This document shows, one piece after another, positions 38,101-53,100 of a DNA stretch of 64,000 bases (the stretch's first letter is position 1; the number at the start of each line of letters is the position of its first letter). The stretch comes from Saccostrea echinata (Eukaryota): NCBI RefSeq assembly GCF_033153115.1, contig NW_026889758.1:13950001-14014000 (forward strand). Direction: 5' to 3'. The notes beneath the pieces are model-generated. The model saw only the letters and a list, made by a program, of their open reading frames with translations. It was not told where the DNA came from and did no database searches. The position numbers were made by a program, and so were the translations under genes.

Positions 38101-41100
38101 CGGGACCTCGGTTTATACAGTCTCATCGGAAGGACCAGTCTCCACATCCCACAGTGGGATTCGAACCCGTGACGTAAGGATCAACTCCTTACTCCACGAC
38201 CTTAGAGCAGACGTTCTACCACTGCGCCACATTGGCGACGGGACAATTGTTGTAGACGGTCTAGTATCTTACATTTCTGACAAAGGACATTAATATGTCA
38301 AACAACGAATACTTGTTATTTATTGTTTAAAACATGGATTAACAGGTAATGTGAAATAAATTTCATTTGTTGTCTGACATGACAGAAAATTCCGCTTTGT
38401 TCTATTTCAGTGATATTTTTCCCAATTGAATCGTTAGCGGAAACATTCCCAATGGTTAGAAAAAAAAATTCACATCAAGAATTTCAGAATTGAAGGATAT
38501 ATCATGGTTTAAAGTGCAATTTTTTGCTAGATATATTGTGTCAACCTCTACTAAAATTTGAAGAGCAGCAAGTTCCACTGTGCTTTGTAATTAAAAAAAA
38601 GTGCATAAATGATCCAGTTTAAAAAATCTCAAATATGTGATCAAGGAAAAACTCATGTTATACCAGTTGCAATAAAAATTCTTACTGATATTACCCTTTA
38701 GGTCTGGTGTTTTACTAAATGATAAATTATAAAAATAATAGAAAAAATAATGTGTAACCCTAGACATTTTGTTGTAAAAGCATGTACATCACTGATTGTT
38801 ACTTTGACAGGTTCTTAAGTCAATAATACTGTAGATTCCTGAATATACAAGAGGAAGTGTTTGTTACATAATTTTGCAAGAAAAAAAAATCGAGATCTGT
38901 AAAGTCTTCTAATGGATTTATGTTCTCACAATTTGTCTAAGATTATTTCTAGATTATTTTAAAGTACTCACATAAAATAGGAATCTACAGTAACAATATT
39001 TATCTGCATATTTTAGTCTTATTTAGTATAGAAAAGTTTAAATATTTATTTCAGATAAAGCTAGAGGTATAATCTATTTTTAGTATGCTAATCATGCACC
39101 AAACATTCTGCACTTATCACTACTTACCCTTATACATCACATTTTGTTTAGAAATATTTTTGCATGACCTGCATTGAAGTTGGTGGTGGGATGGGGTTAT
39201 TATTAAAAAATCACTGTCATTGTCTGTCTTTCCATCTGTCTGCCTGTATCTCAGATGGTATCAAAACCAAACTTGAACATGTTGTGATTTATGATGAGTT
39301 TAATGCTTCCCATGGATGCTGTATCTGACCTACATTTGATGTTTTCTGGTTTAGTTCAGTATTGATGTCAATTCTGTCTCTACTATTATGGTAGGGGAAA
39401 AATATGATGTATATGCTGATGCTTACTCTGATGCATGCTCCATATGCTGTTTCTGACCTACATTTTATGCGTGAGTGACTCTGGTTGAGATCAGTCTTGA
39501 AATCTGTTCACAAGTGATATACCGTATAATGGGTATTTTCTGCGGTTGGAAATTTTTGTGATTTAACCCCTAAAAGATAGAAAATTAATTTCTGCGTTTT
39601 CAATTTCTGCGGTTGCATTATACCGCAAAAAAGTATTTACTGGGTATGATCACCAATCTCCAAGAATTATCAGATAGCTGCCATGTTGACGTTTTATAAA
39701 TTCATTGAGACGTATTGATCAAAGTTGCATGAGAACTGGTATTTAAGCTTAACTAAACTACTATCTTATTTCAGTTGGTCTTTGTAAAATTATGTTGAGT
39801 CCCAATTGAAATGAATTATTGCAGTATCGATCCACCCAAACAACAATAAAAAATCTTTATTCTACATTGTAACAAACAATTTATGCGATCTATTAAAATA
39901 TTTTATTATATAGATAATTAATGCATCCAAGCCATATTCTAAAAAATACACTTATAGTTAATTGCCATCAAAATTAATCTGGTGTTTATATTTTAAGCTC
40001 AAACAAACAGTTGCATAATCAAGTAACCTAAAGTTGACCGTGTACAATCACAGGTGCCATGTGCATTGAGGCGTAACTAATCCTGTCAGTCATCTGCATT
40101 GTGTGAAATTCACGAGACAATCAAGCCACTTTGTGTATACAAGCAGTAATTATGGTCTCCAGATAAAACACAAGATTGAAAAAAATGTTAAAGAAAGAAA
40201 GAAAAGCTACTATGTGTTGTTTGCAGCTATTGGAGTTTGGACTATTAATTGCGATATCTCTTCTAGTCATTTACATGTACATGTATATCCGTATAAAATA
40301 AAGAAGTAGGTACAAGAAAAGATGTTTTTGTATAAACTTATTAAATTAATATTATTTACAGCAACGTTTTAATTCAATATGTTTTGGAAAAATCCTGATA
40401 TCTAAAATCTTTCGAATTTCGATGACACCCGAATTTTCTCGCTAATGAGGACATTTATGCACCACTTATCATACTTGCATGTATGAAATATATATCTGAA
40501 GAAATATTGAAAAATATTTTGCGATTGTAATTTTTGCGGATTTGTCCTATCCGCAAAATTCCGCAAAAAATGGACAACCGCAGAAAATACCAGTTATATG
40601 GTATGAATCAATCTTGCTTGTTTGGTGAATCCATATTGTTTTCATTCCTGACCATTACATCTTTGTTGAAAGGTGTCCAATGATGGATGTATTTGTCTGT
40701 TATGAAAGATCTATATTTTTTTTGAATTTACCTGCTTTGATGTTGAGCACTTTTCCTTCAAAAACTCATGACTTTTTGCTTTAATGTTAGCAAATGAACA
40801 TTTGTGCAAGGAAATGCCATCTGCATGCATTTACATCAGAGGTGCCTTAAAAGTGCTTGGCCCTTTCAGTAACATTGATTAGATTTATAAAAAGATTTTA
40901 GGGAAATAATATTCAAGGGGAAATAATTTAGAGAAAGTCAATAAGGAAAAAAAGAGAAAAGAATGGCATGGCTCTGGAAGATCAGGCTTCATGGTCTCTT
41001 GCTGTCATGGTTATGAGTTTTACAAGACTTTAATTGGTCACTGCATGGGGCTTTTTATAGAATTGAAAATACATGTATTTACTGCCACTTGGTAAAAATG

Positions 41101-44100
41101 TAATGCATGTTTGTTTCAGCATGTTCATTGATTGCAAATTTAATATTCATGAAGGAAGGGTGGGTATGAGAAAATAATGAGCAAACTTAATGTACCGATA
41201 CATATAACCTGCATTTCTTTAAGATTATAAATAGGTGTTCAAGTACATCCTAGAAAAAAACAGTTTTTGCAAGATGCATGATTAATTGGATGTTTATATA
41301 GGGTAATTAATCTTGGTATTTCAGAAGACAAGACTCGTAGACATTGTTTTGAGCCCCCACCTGTGTCAGGCGTAGTGTTCCCTATTCCAGAGAAATTTGA
41401 CAACTACAAAGATTATGTAGACATATTTATCCCTCATCTGCTGCAGGAGGCATGGGAACAGGTAGGATGTGTTTATATGACCAGATCACTGCAGGAGGCA
41501 TGGTAACAGGTAGAATGTGTTTATACAACCAGATCACTGCAGGGGACATGGGAACAGGTAGGATGTGTTTATATGACCAGATCACTGCAGGAGGCATGAA
41601 AACAGGTGGGATGTGTTTATACAACCAGATCACTGCAGGAGGCATGGGAACAGGTAGGATGTGTTTATACAACCAGATCACTGCAGGGGACATGGGAACA
41701 GGTGGGATGTGTTTATATGACCAGATCACTGCAGGAGGCATGGGAACAGGTGGGATGTGTTTATATGACCAGATCACTGCAGGAGGCATGGGAACAGGTA
41801 GGATGTGTATATATGACCAGATCACTGCAGGAGGCATGGGAACAGGTAGGATGTGTATATATGACCAGATCACTGCAGGAGGCATGAAAACAGGTGGGAT
41901 GTGTTTATACAACCAGATCACTGTGGGAGGCATGGGAACAGGTAGGATATGTTTATATGACCAGATCACTGCAGGAGGCATGGGAACAGGTAGGATGTGT
42001 ATATATGACCAGATCACTGCAGGAGGCATGGGAACAGGTGGGATGTGTTTATATGACCAGATCACTGCAGGAGGCATGAAAACAGGTAGAATGTGTTTAT
42101 ACAACCAGATCAGTGCAGGAGGCATGGGAACAGGTAGGATGTATTTATACGACCAGATCACTGCAGGAGGCAAGGGAACAGGTAGGATGTGTTTATATGA
42201 CCAGATCACTGCAGGAGGCGTGAAAACAGGTGGGATGTGTTTATACAACCAGATCACTGCAGGAGGCATGGGAACAGGTAGGATGTGTTTATACAACCAG
42301 ATCACTGCAGGAGGCATGGGAACAGGTAGGATGTGTTTATATGACCAGATCACTGCAGGAGGCATGGGAACAGGTAGGATGTGTTTATATGACCAGATCA
42401 CTGCAGGAGGCATGGGAACAGGTAGGATGTGTTTATATGACCAGATCACTGAAGGAGGCATGAAAACAGGTGGGATGTGTTATATGACCAGATCACTGCA
42501 GGAGGCATGGGAACAAGTAGGATGTGTTTATATGACCAGATCACTGCAGGAGGCATGGGAACAGGTAGGATGTGTTTATATGACCAGATCACTGCAGGAG
42601 ACATGGGAACAGGTAGGATGTGTTTATATGACCAGATCACTGCAGGAGGCATGAAAACAGGTGGGATGTGTTTATATGACCAGATCACTGCAGGAGGCAT
42701 GGGAACAGGTATGATGTGTTTATATGACCAGATCACTGCAGGAGGCATGAAAACAGGTGGGATGTGTTTATACAACCAGATCACTGCGGGAGGCATGGGA
42801 ACAGGTGGGATGTGTTTATATGACCAGATCACTGCAGGAGGCATGAAAACAGGTGGGATGTGTTTATACAACCAGATCACTGCAGGAGGCATGGGAACAG
42901 GTAGGATGTGTTTATATGACCAGATCACTGCAGGAGGCATGGGAACAGGTAGGATGTGTTTATATGACCAGATCACTGCAGGAGGCATGAAAACAGGTGG
43001 GATGTGTTTATACAACCAGATCACTGCGGGAGGCATGGGAACAGGTGGGATGTGTTTATATGACCAGATCACTGCAGGAGGCATGAAAACAGGTAGGATG
43101 TGTTTATACAACCAGATCACTGCAGGAGGCATGGGAACAGGTAGGATGTGTTTATATGACCAGATCACTGTAGGAGGCATTGGAACTGGTAGGATATTTA
43201 AATGACCAGATTTACTGCAGGAGGCATGGGAACAGGTAGGATGTGTTTCTATGACCAGATTTAATTTAGGAGGCATGGGAACAGGTAGGATGTGTTTCTA
43301 TGACCAGATTTAATTTAGGAGGCATGGGAACAGGTAGAATGTGTTTATACAACCAGATCACTGCAGGAGGCATGGGAACAGGTAGGATGTGTTTCTATGA
43401 CCAGATTTAATGCAGGAGGCATGGGAACAGGTAGGATTTGTTTCTATGACCAGATTTACTTCAGGAGGCATGGGAACAGGTAGGATTTGTTTCTATGACC
43501 AGATTTAATTTAGGAGGCATGGGAACAGGTAGGATGTGTTTCTATGACCAGATTTACTTCAGGAGGCATGGGAACAGGTAGGATTTGTTTCTATGACCAG
43601 ATTTACTTCAGGAGGCATGGGAACAGGTAGGATAGGATTATATGACCAAATCACTGCTGGAGGAAGGAAACAGGTGTGGAATAGGTTCACCACTTGAGTA
43701 CACTCAGAGAGGAATTAAATGCAATTCTGAGCTTTGGTATTATGACATTTTTAATAATTTGGAATGTATGACCCATTCCTCTTTAAACAAAAAACTACAT
43801 TTCTACCTGTATGTCTGTAAAATTGAAGACTATTAGTTTTGAGTAATGACATTTGTTATTTAATGTTGTTCGCTGCAGAAGGAATACAGAATAATAATGG
43901 TGATAACAGAACCTCTTCTTTTTCTAATGACAAAATTTTGACCATTGCTTTGGTCTATGAGATAATGCTTCAAATATTAACTATGTCTCCTGCCTTTACA
44001 CACAAGTTCAATAAAGATTAGTATGAGCTTTTAAGAATGCCAAGATTATAGATTAATACTTGCATAGACTGAAGAAAAAGTTTGAGGTCTGTATTATCTT

Positions 44101-47100
44101 TTTGTTGGAGGTCAATATTACCCAGTGTTGATCTTTATAAACACACGCTGAACATTCTTAAAAATTCATGTCCACAATATAAATATAGAGGATTTTATTT
44201 AAAGTTTGTTAACCAAAAAAACCTCATTATTTATAAGGAACCTTCAAATGATTTTTGGCAATACATGTAAGTCATATATGTCACGTAAATCCCATGAGGA
44301 TCAAAATTTGAGGATTTAACTTGTTCGTATGATCTTAACCTGTATTTTAGTCTTATCAAAGCTGGAAGACATGGAAGAACCGGAATTCTTATCCACAAAT
44401 TGGAGCTGTTTATTCATCAGTTGAAAAAAGTAATGCAACCAGTAATGCATTTGAAAGATACACATGGTATAGTAAGTATTCTTACATCCATCATCAGTGA
44501 CCTAGTGAAAACTTCAGGTCAATTAGACAAAGTCAGGGTCACATCATCAGCCACCTAGTGACAAACTTCAGGTCAATTAGAAAAGGTTAAAATCATGTCA
44601 TCAATGACCTTGTGAAAAACTTAGGTCAATAAGACAAACTCAAGATGACATCATTAGCCACCTAGTGACAAGCTTCTGATCAATAAGACAAAATCAAGAT
44701 CACATCATCATTCAACTAGTGACAACCTCCAGGTCAGTAAGACAAGTTCAGTGTCACATCATCAGTCACCTAGTAACAACCTCCAGGACAATTAGATAAG
44801 TTCAAGGTCTTTTTCATCTCTGACCTAGTGACAACCTCCAGGTCAATTAGACAAAGTCAATGTCACACCATCAGTCACTGAGTGACAACATCCAGGTCAA
44901 GAAGACAAGTTCAAGGTCACATCATCAGTCACTAAGTGACAACCTCCAGTTCAATTAGACAAGTTCAAGGCCACTTCATCAGTCATCTAGTGACAACCTG
45001 CAGGTCAATTAGACAAGTTCAAAATCACATCGTCAGTCACCGTTTGACAACCTCAAGGTCAATGAATTAAGTTCAAGGTCACATCATCAGTCACCTATTG
45101 ACAACCTCCAGGTCAGTTAGACAAAGTCAAGGTTACATCATCAGTCACCAAGTGACAATCTTGTACCACTTATTTTAAGTAACCAACATTGAAATGAAGA
45201 CTTCAGAAATTGAAGCAATAAGATACTGTAATCCAGCTTTTGTATGTGTGCGAGAAATATACACTGTACCTAAATTGTGAATAATTTATTTTGTTAATTT
45301 GTCATACTTCAAGCTCTAAATATTACTGATATTTGACAATTTGAGTACAGGTAATACATACTTGACCATTTGCTTTACAGGTATAATTACAAAACAGATG
45401 TACGAAACAATGAGAAAAAATGACCAGTTGGGTGACAAATTTCTTGTTATCATAAAAGACTATGGCCATTACCTGAAAAGCAAGGAAAGGAAAATGGATG
45501 AAAAATTGTACCAGCCAAATTATTGGGACCAGATTGGATACATAGAAAAAATCCAGCCCCATACCCACCCAGAGAAAGTGAAACAGACCCTTAATACATT
45601 CAAAGTTTTAGGTTGGTTTAGTTTATTTAACAGATAAATAGAGGATATTAAATGTTTTGTTGTTGGATATAGAATTTAATTCATGAGTGGGACAGGATTT
45701 TTATACGCCCGTCTTTAGACGGGATGTATTATGTTATGGCGTTCATGTCCGTCTGTCCGTCTGTTAGCTTTTATCGTGTCCGGCTCATAACTTTAATACT
45801 ATTAGGCCTAGGATTATCAAATTTTGTCAGCTGATACTTCTTGGGTAGAAGGTGTGTCGCACATTGAAAGTAGGTCGCTCTGACCTTTAATTAAGATGCT
45901 CTGGCCAAAAATGGAAAAATCCTGTCCGGCTCATAACTAGAAAACTATAAGACTTAGAATTATCAAAGTTGGTCAATTTATGCATCTTAGGTAGAAGGTG
46001 TGTCGCGACAAATTTCAAGGTCACTGTGACCTTTAATTTAAGTGAAATTTAAAAAAAAAAAATATTTTATACTATTACATTACACAATCCCCAAAAATAC
46101 AAGAGTGTTGCAGTATCCTTATTAAAAAAATGTTAAATCAAGAAAATACTTATTTTTTTCATAATATACTTTACAGCAGTCTATAACAAATGTAATGTTA
46201 CAAGGAAAAATTCCACCTCTCCCATGGGTGTAATTATCAAGCACTGGTCAAGAAGAATTTGATAACAGAAAATTGCATGTCAAATTAGAGAGAAATTAAT
46301 GAGTTTAGTGTGAGGAGCTAACTGGTAGAGCATCTCTGATCTAGCAGGTGTTATCTATATCTCTTGGGAACTGGGCAAAAAGAATCAGCTGTGTTGGATT
46401 AAATAGTTGGCTAGCCCAACTTTTAAAATGAATTTGGTGAAAAGTAATTAAAACTTATTTGATATTGTATAACAAATTATAATTTAAATAATATAATTAT
46501 TATATAATATAATTAAAACTAATTATACTCGGGATTGCAGCTTAAAACCAGTCTGACATTAAGTCTAAAAAAAATCAAGTATTTAAAAAAAAATGTTTTT
46601 AATTATGGTAGATAGTCCCTACAAATCTAAGAGTAAATTGCAGGAACCTTATTAAAAACGTTGCATCAAGATTACACAAGTTTTTTGTTTCTTTTTATAA
46701 ATCTTTGTAACAAATTTTTAAAAAAAATCTTTGTTTTCAAATTTAATTTCAGAGTGACATAAATATGCATTTTTATTGCACTACAAAGCAGATAGTATAT
46801 ATAGATCCATTCATCCATTGGGATTAATGAGTGGACATGCATCCATGCAGTTAAAGATTAATTAATGAGTTCAGTGTAGGGAGGCTAGCTGTCTCAATCA
46901 TTTCTGTTAGATGATCTCTGATCAAGCAGCTGTTATCTGTATCTTTTGGGAATTAGACAGAAGAACTGCTGGTCAGTTTATAGCATATGTCATTTGATGG
47001 CCAGCCTTTTATTTTTAATATTAATTTGATATAGATTAAGTTGTTAAGACAAAATTGATATTGTTTAATATGATATTTTTATTTAATATTTTGAAAATAT

Positions 47101-50100
47101 CAACTAATTCAGAGCATCATGTCTCTCAAATCTGAAAGCTGGGGGGGGGGGGGGGGGGGGGGGGGGACAGATGGACATTTGTCAAGCTCTAACACAACCA
47201 GTTGAGGATCTATAATGTAATATTTGTTATAATTAATGCCTACATCACAGGAGATGTATAAACAAATATTAAAAGGAATGGAAAAATCATTGAAATCCTT
47301 GTATCAAGGTTTACATGATTTTCTTGTACTCTAAACTGTTTATGACAATTGAACAATATTTGACGGGCGTATCATGCTGTGGCGGGGCACTTTATTTGAT
47401 ATTTTCACAAGTGTGAAGCAAAAGTCTTTCACACTATGCCAAAATATCACTTTGATATTGTTTCACATTGTGCCAAAATGTCACTATGATATTCTTTCAT
47501 ACTGTGACAAAATACAGTTGAACTTCGATATCTGGAACACTGATATCTCAAATACCATGGATATGTCTAAGTGATTTGGAAACCACAACTACTTATTCTT
47601 TAAGTATTTTACCCTATCTCGAATCTTCGGATATGTTAAAGTTTTTTCTCTGTCCATCAAGTTTGAGATAACGAGGTTTGACTGTACTATGGAATCATTA
47701 AATTTCTTGGTGGCTCAATATTCCTGGAATTCATGGGTACCCTGTATCAATGAATTCACATCCTCAACAAATTAATGATTTGGGTTTAGAGTAATCTTTC
47801 CTTTTGTAGATATAAGTGAATATATGGAATTACATTCTTTTGAACCTGTTAAATTTAGGCAATCCTTGAAAATTGGCCCCCATGAATTTTAATGATTCCA
47901 CAGTATCAGTTTTATTCAATTTACCTGTATTGATGTATATTAAGACAGAAATTGAGAAGGGGCTCTTTTTTCATATTTTTCTGAACAAAAGATCAAAGAT
48001 AATAAAAGCTAGGTACATCATAGAATGCCAGGTTGAAGGTTACAATCAGAGTACATAGATCACAGGTCAATTGGATGGGGAGATTGTATAGCACAAATAT
48101 TTCTCTTTTTTTCAAGGCTATAACTGTAGAATCGTTGATTTTTCAAGTATCTTCATGTTTAATGTTAAGAATTTTACGTAGCCTTTGGCATTTAAGCTTA
48201 CCGTAGTTTGGGGTCATTATAAATGGTTTAATTACATATTTATCTGTCGGAAACAGTCATATGGCATAAGCTAGCATTATAGCCCTTTAACCTCCTACTT
48301 GATATTTTTATTATGTTTCATTGTTTCAGGAACTGATCCTTCCGCACGGCAGAATGGTGCTATTGTCCTGTGTCTAACTATCCTCAGTCGACGACGCCCA
48401 CTTTTCAAACACCTGTTGGATAAACTATCTTTCATACAGGTAATTAATCCAAATCATTTAAATGCAAGAGGTAAACTTTGTAATAGATATATTGATATTA
48501 ATGTATTAAGGACAGATGATACGAACCAAAAAATGGATGTCTGGATAGGTATACATTTTTGGACCTATTTTGATTTTGAATGATGCAAATGGTAAATTTC
48601 TAAATTATTAAGAAATTGTAAACTTTTTTTGATGTTCAAAATTCTACTTTTCTGCAATCATCCTTATTAATCTATACAATTTTTTGTCACTTTAAATCCC
48701 ATTATGTGAAACTTCGAATGAAAAATTAAAAACTATGTGGTTAAACTTATTCATTTTACTTACATAAACATGATTTACATGTAAATTGTTATTTTCAGGA
48801 TATTTGATAAAAGTTTGTTTGTATCATCTGTCCTTAAAAGTATTTTTAAATTTCTTGGGTGGCAGCAAGGTCGTTTACTGGAAAATAGGATATTTTCTCC
48901 ATTAGCATCTTATGATAACTAGAAACAAAGTGAATGTTTTGGAGAATATAAGTAATTATAATTATAGTTTGGATTAAAGTGATTGAAATAATCACTTACT
49001 TAAATTACTTAGTTTCTCATTTAGCTTCTCATTTTTACTCTTGAATGGCTATTGAAGAGAAATTCTACCAGCAGGGTTTAGTTTCATTATATGTATATAT
49101 TGGCCATCTTTAAAAAATTGTTTGACTGCCTATCCAGACCGACTGGCTAAAAATGGCCCAGCTCAAAACTTTTTAACCTCCAGGAAACAATTATTTTTTT
49201 ATGCGTTCCGGAAAATAGATTTTAAAATTTCAGCATTGATGTTGAAATTTTCTCAGAAAAAAAAATTTCCCACCTACCTACCAACCCAATTTTTTCATCC
49301 TGAGTCGGGAGTGAGACAACAAACCTTATTTTAAAGTTGGCCTTATATTTTTTTTTCAGCCTTTGGCTTCTTTGGTAACCACTGTGCGTCAGTTTAATGC
49401 TGTCAGCAGTCTTCCCAAAAGTCCACTATGTCAGCACATCCTGTCCCCTGGGCAGAAGGAAGTGTTTTACCAAAATGTTACAGTTGCTGAACCTGAGAAG
49501 CAGTCTCTAGTAAATTCTTTTATTTCTGTTATATCTCTGATATGCTTCATAATGATAAGTGGAGTAGAATTTTTTTAAAGATTTAATCTTAAAAAACCTA
49601 GATCCTAAAGATCCTTAAAACCACACTCCACATTTTTATGAATAAATTATTTTGATTAAAGTTCAGTCAGTTAAATCAGTTTGAATATAAGTTTTTCATC
49701 CTATACTGAAAGATTTTCTCCCGTGCTTTTGATTTTCTTTGAATTTACGTTTGGTTACCATGTTATAATATTATACTTTCATGTAAATTAGTTGAATCTG
49801 ATTCGTCGAGAAACATTTGTTAAAAAACACTATTACCCGCTGAATAATGAAGCCACGCCCACCAGCGTAGCAACAGTTAACATTGCTTGACGACGGGTAT
49901 TATTCAAAAAAATATTGACTGCGCAGAATTCATGCGCGCAAGGTTACTGTAATATGTATTTGTATAAAACATTCAGTATAATATAATAAATACTGCATGT
50001 AGTTGAGTGTAACATTGAAAATTTTAACCCCTCGAAAACCATTGTCAACCTCGGCTGCGCCTCGGTTGACAATGGTTTTCTTGGGGTGAAAATTTTCAAT

Positions 50101-53100
50101 GTTACACTCAACTACATGCAGTATTTATATTTATATAATATTCTCTGGTTACCATGTTATCATATTCACTGGTTACCATGTTATCATATTCTCTGGTTAC
50201 CATGCTATCGAGGCTATCCTTTCCGTTGGTCATCATGTTATCTTATCCTTAGGTTGTGATGTTATCCTTTCTTTTGGCTGCCATGTTGTCATGTCCTTTA
50301 GTTGCCATGTTATCCTATTCTTAGGTTGTCATGTTTTCCTATCCTTAGGTTGACATGTTATGCTATCCTTTGGTTGCCATGTTATCCTATCCTTAGGTTG
50401 CCATGTTATTCTATTCTTTGGTTACCATGTTATCCTATCCTTAGGTTGCCATATTATCCTATCCTTTGGTTGTCATGTTATCCTATCCTTTGGTTAACAT
50501 GTTATCCTATCCTTAGGTTGCCTTGTTATCCTATCCTTTGGTTAACATGTTATCCTATCCTTTGGTTAACATGTTATCCTATCCTTTGGTTAACATGTTA
50601 TCCTATCCTTTGGTTAACATGTTATCCTATCTTTTGGTTACCAGGTTATCTAATCCTTTGGCTGTAATACATACTGATATATTTTTATAATCTGATTTAG
50701 GATCTGTTCATCAGTCCTTGAGAAAAAAATAATGACAATCATGTGTTCCATGATATGTTTTATTCAAGATTCTCTAACTGAAGTGTTATGTTGTAGAAGC
50801 AGTACAACGATTCCCAGCGTCTGGCCATATGTACAGCATCAAAGATGATATTACAGGATTCACAGGTGCCTAAGATCGGTCTCCTTCAAGGTCCCCCAGG
50901 CACAGGCAAAAGTCTCACTGTCGTCGGCATTGTAGAAAAATTTTTACAGGTATTTATATCACAATATAAACACATCCTAATTTTCATCTTTTTTCTATTA
51001 ACTTGATGAAATTAGAATGTGGTGTTTGAAATACTGTTGAAGGAGTTGACCTTTGCCATAACATTATAACTGAACACAGAGTAGAAATAGAATTATTATT
51101 TTGATACCACCTAATATGTTGGCTATGATTTTTTCTTTTGAATAAATGGATAATTTTCAGACATTTTTTTTTCTCATTTGTTTGTTATAGCAAGGAAAAA
51201 TTTATTTTTTCTTTGACATTTAACCATTGTTATTAATACATCTTATTACTGCAAAATCGCTTAATTTCAAAGGGGGGGGGGCATTTTTTTATGACTGGAG
51301 AAAAAGTAATGGTTTGTTGGAATATGATTTTGTGGAAGAATTGTTCAGTGTATATGTACTTGTAAAATTTCTTGGAGGATAGAATTTGTTAATTGGTCTT
51401 TTCATACCATAAAAACAAAGAAAATTAATCTCCCCACAAAAATTAGTGATTTCACAAAATAGAGATACATATTTTAGAGAATTCAAACCTTACCAGACTT
51501 AGTGTCTTGGATCTTACAAATCCTGATTTTGCCTCTATAAACTTCAAATGAGAACTGGTTTTTCAATTTGTTGTACATGTATGAGACAGTGCTTTTTTTT
51601 CTTAACACTCAGGAAGAAAATACATCATGTTTTGTGGTTGTCACCCAGACATGCCATTGCTTACACACACATTAACAATTTATTAAAAAAATAAAATTTA
51701 AGATACATATATAGTTTATCGTATAAATAGAAAAGATGATGATATCTTTATGTATAAAACTTCATTGATGTACCTCAAGCGGTTTTAATTTCATGGCACT
51801 TGTCCACAAGCTTTTTGATAACCCCTAGTACATTCCTTTCTGTATCTAATTTATGAAATGGATATCTTTAAACTAAGGATTGTGTTCTGTATTAAATAAT
51901 TTCTTCCTGCAGCTTTGTGGGTCCCATTTGCGGATTTGTCTCTGTGCTCCATCCAATAATGCTGTAGATCTTCTAATAAAACGTTTGGATGACCACAAAA
52001 AAGAAAAAAGAAACACAGGTCTGTCACTATAGATCTCATATATATTAGTGTATTTGGATTGTTACATTCATAAGTTGTTTTGCCTAAGTTGTTGCTGTAC
52101 ATTTTGTAACCTTGTAAAAAGTTAGTAGAACTTTTATAAATAATTATACATGTATGTTGATATAGTAATGTGTTTTTGTACAATCAATTTATTGTAAAGC
52201 TTAATCCATTAAATTTTGATTATAATTATATGGCCCCCTGCAGAATAGGAATCACTCTGTCAGTTAATCTGTTTTTGCCTGTCAGTCCATTAGTTTTGTT
52301 CATATCTGAAACCAGCATTCATAGATATGAAAGCTTGTCAAGACCTTAAACCTCATAAAAATAAAAGCTTGTCAAGACCTTGAACCTCATAGCTATGAAA
52401 GCTTGTCAAGACCTTGAACCTCGTAGCTATGAAAGCTTGTCAAGACCTTGAACCTCATAGATATGAAAGCTTGTCAAGACCTTGAACCTCATAGATATAA
52501 AAGCTTGTCAAGACCTTGAACCTCATAGATATGAAAGCTTGTCAAGACCTTGAACCTCATAGATATAAAAGTTTGTCAAGACCTTGAACCTCATAGGTAT
52601 GAAAGCTTGTCAAGACCTTGAATCTCATAGATATGAAAGGTTGTCAAGACTTGAACCTCATAGATATAAAAGCTTGTCAAGACCTTAAACCTCATAAAAA
52701 TAAAAGCTTGTCAAGACCTTAAACCTCATAAAAATAAAAGCTTGTCAAGACCTTGAACCTCATAGATATGAAAGCTTGTCAAGACCTTGAACCTCACAGA
52801 TATAAAAACTTGACAAGACCTTGAATCTCATAGATATGAAAGCTTGTCAAGACCTTGAACCTCATAGATATAAAAGCTTGTCAAGACCTTAAACCTCATA
52901 AAAATAAAAGCTTGTCAAGACCTTAAACCTCATAAAAATAAAAGCTTGTCAAGACCTTGAACCTCATAGATATAAAAGCTTGTCAAGACCTTGAACCAAT
53001 GCCATTGGCATGACTTGAAGATCACTGGAGGAAAACTATTAAGGGAAAGGGTGTGTTGCAACCCAAAAAATGAACTACTTCTTATATTTTCTATGTGTGA

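Noticed and set aside
38150-38240. Functional tRNA gene on the minus strand
   Set aside because: A and B boxes are present, but the cloverleaf is disrupted and it continues into a SINE body and tail.
41427-43276. Long ORFs of 240-400 aa on both strands (MGTGRMCLYDQITAGG / MPPAVIWSYKHILPVP repeats)
   Set aside because: By-products of a 48-bp (multiple of 3) unit that lacks stops in some frames. They are intronic and broken by a small deletion near 42480; no sign of independent genes.
50099-50667. Cys/Trp/Leu-rich ORFs (LWLTCYPI repeats)
   Set aside because: Translations of the 24-bp intronic minisatellite.
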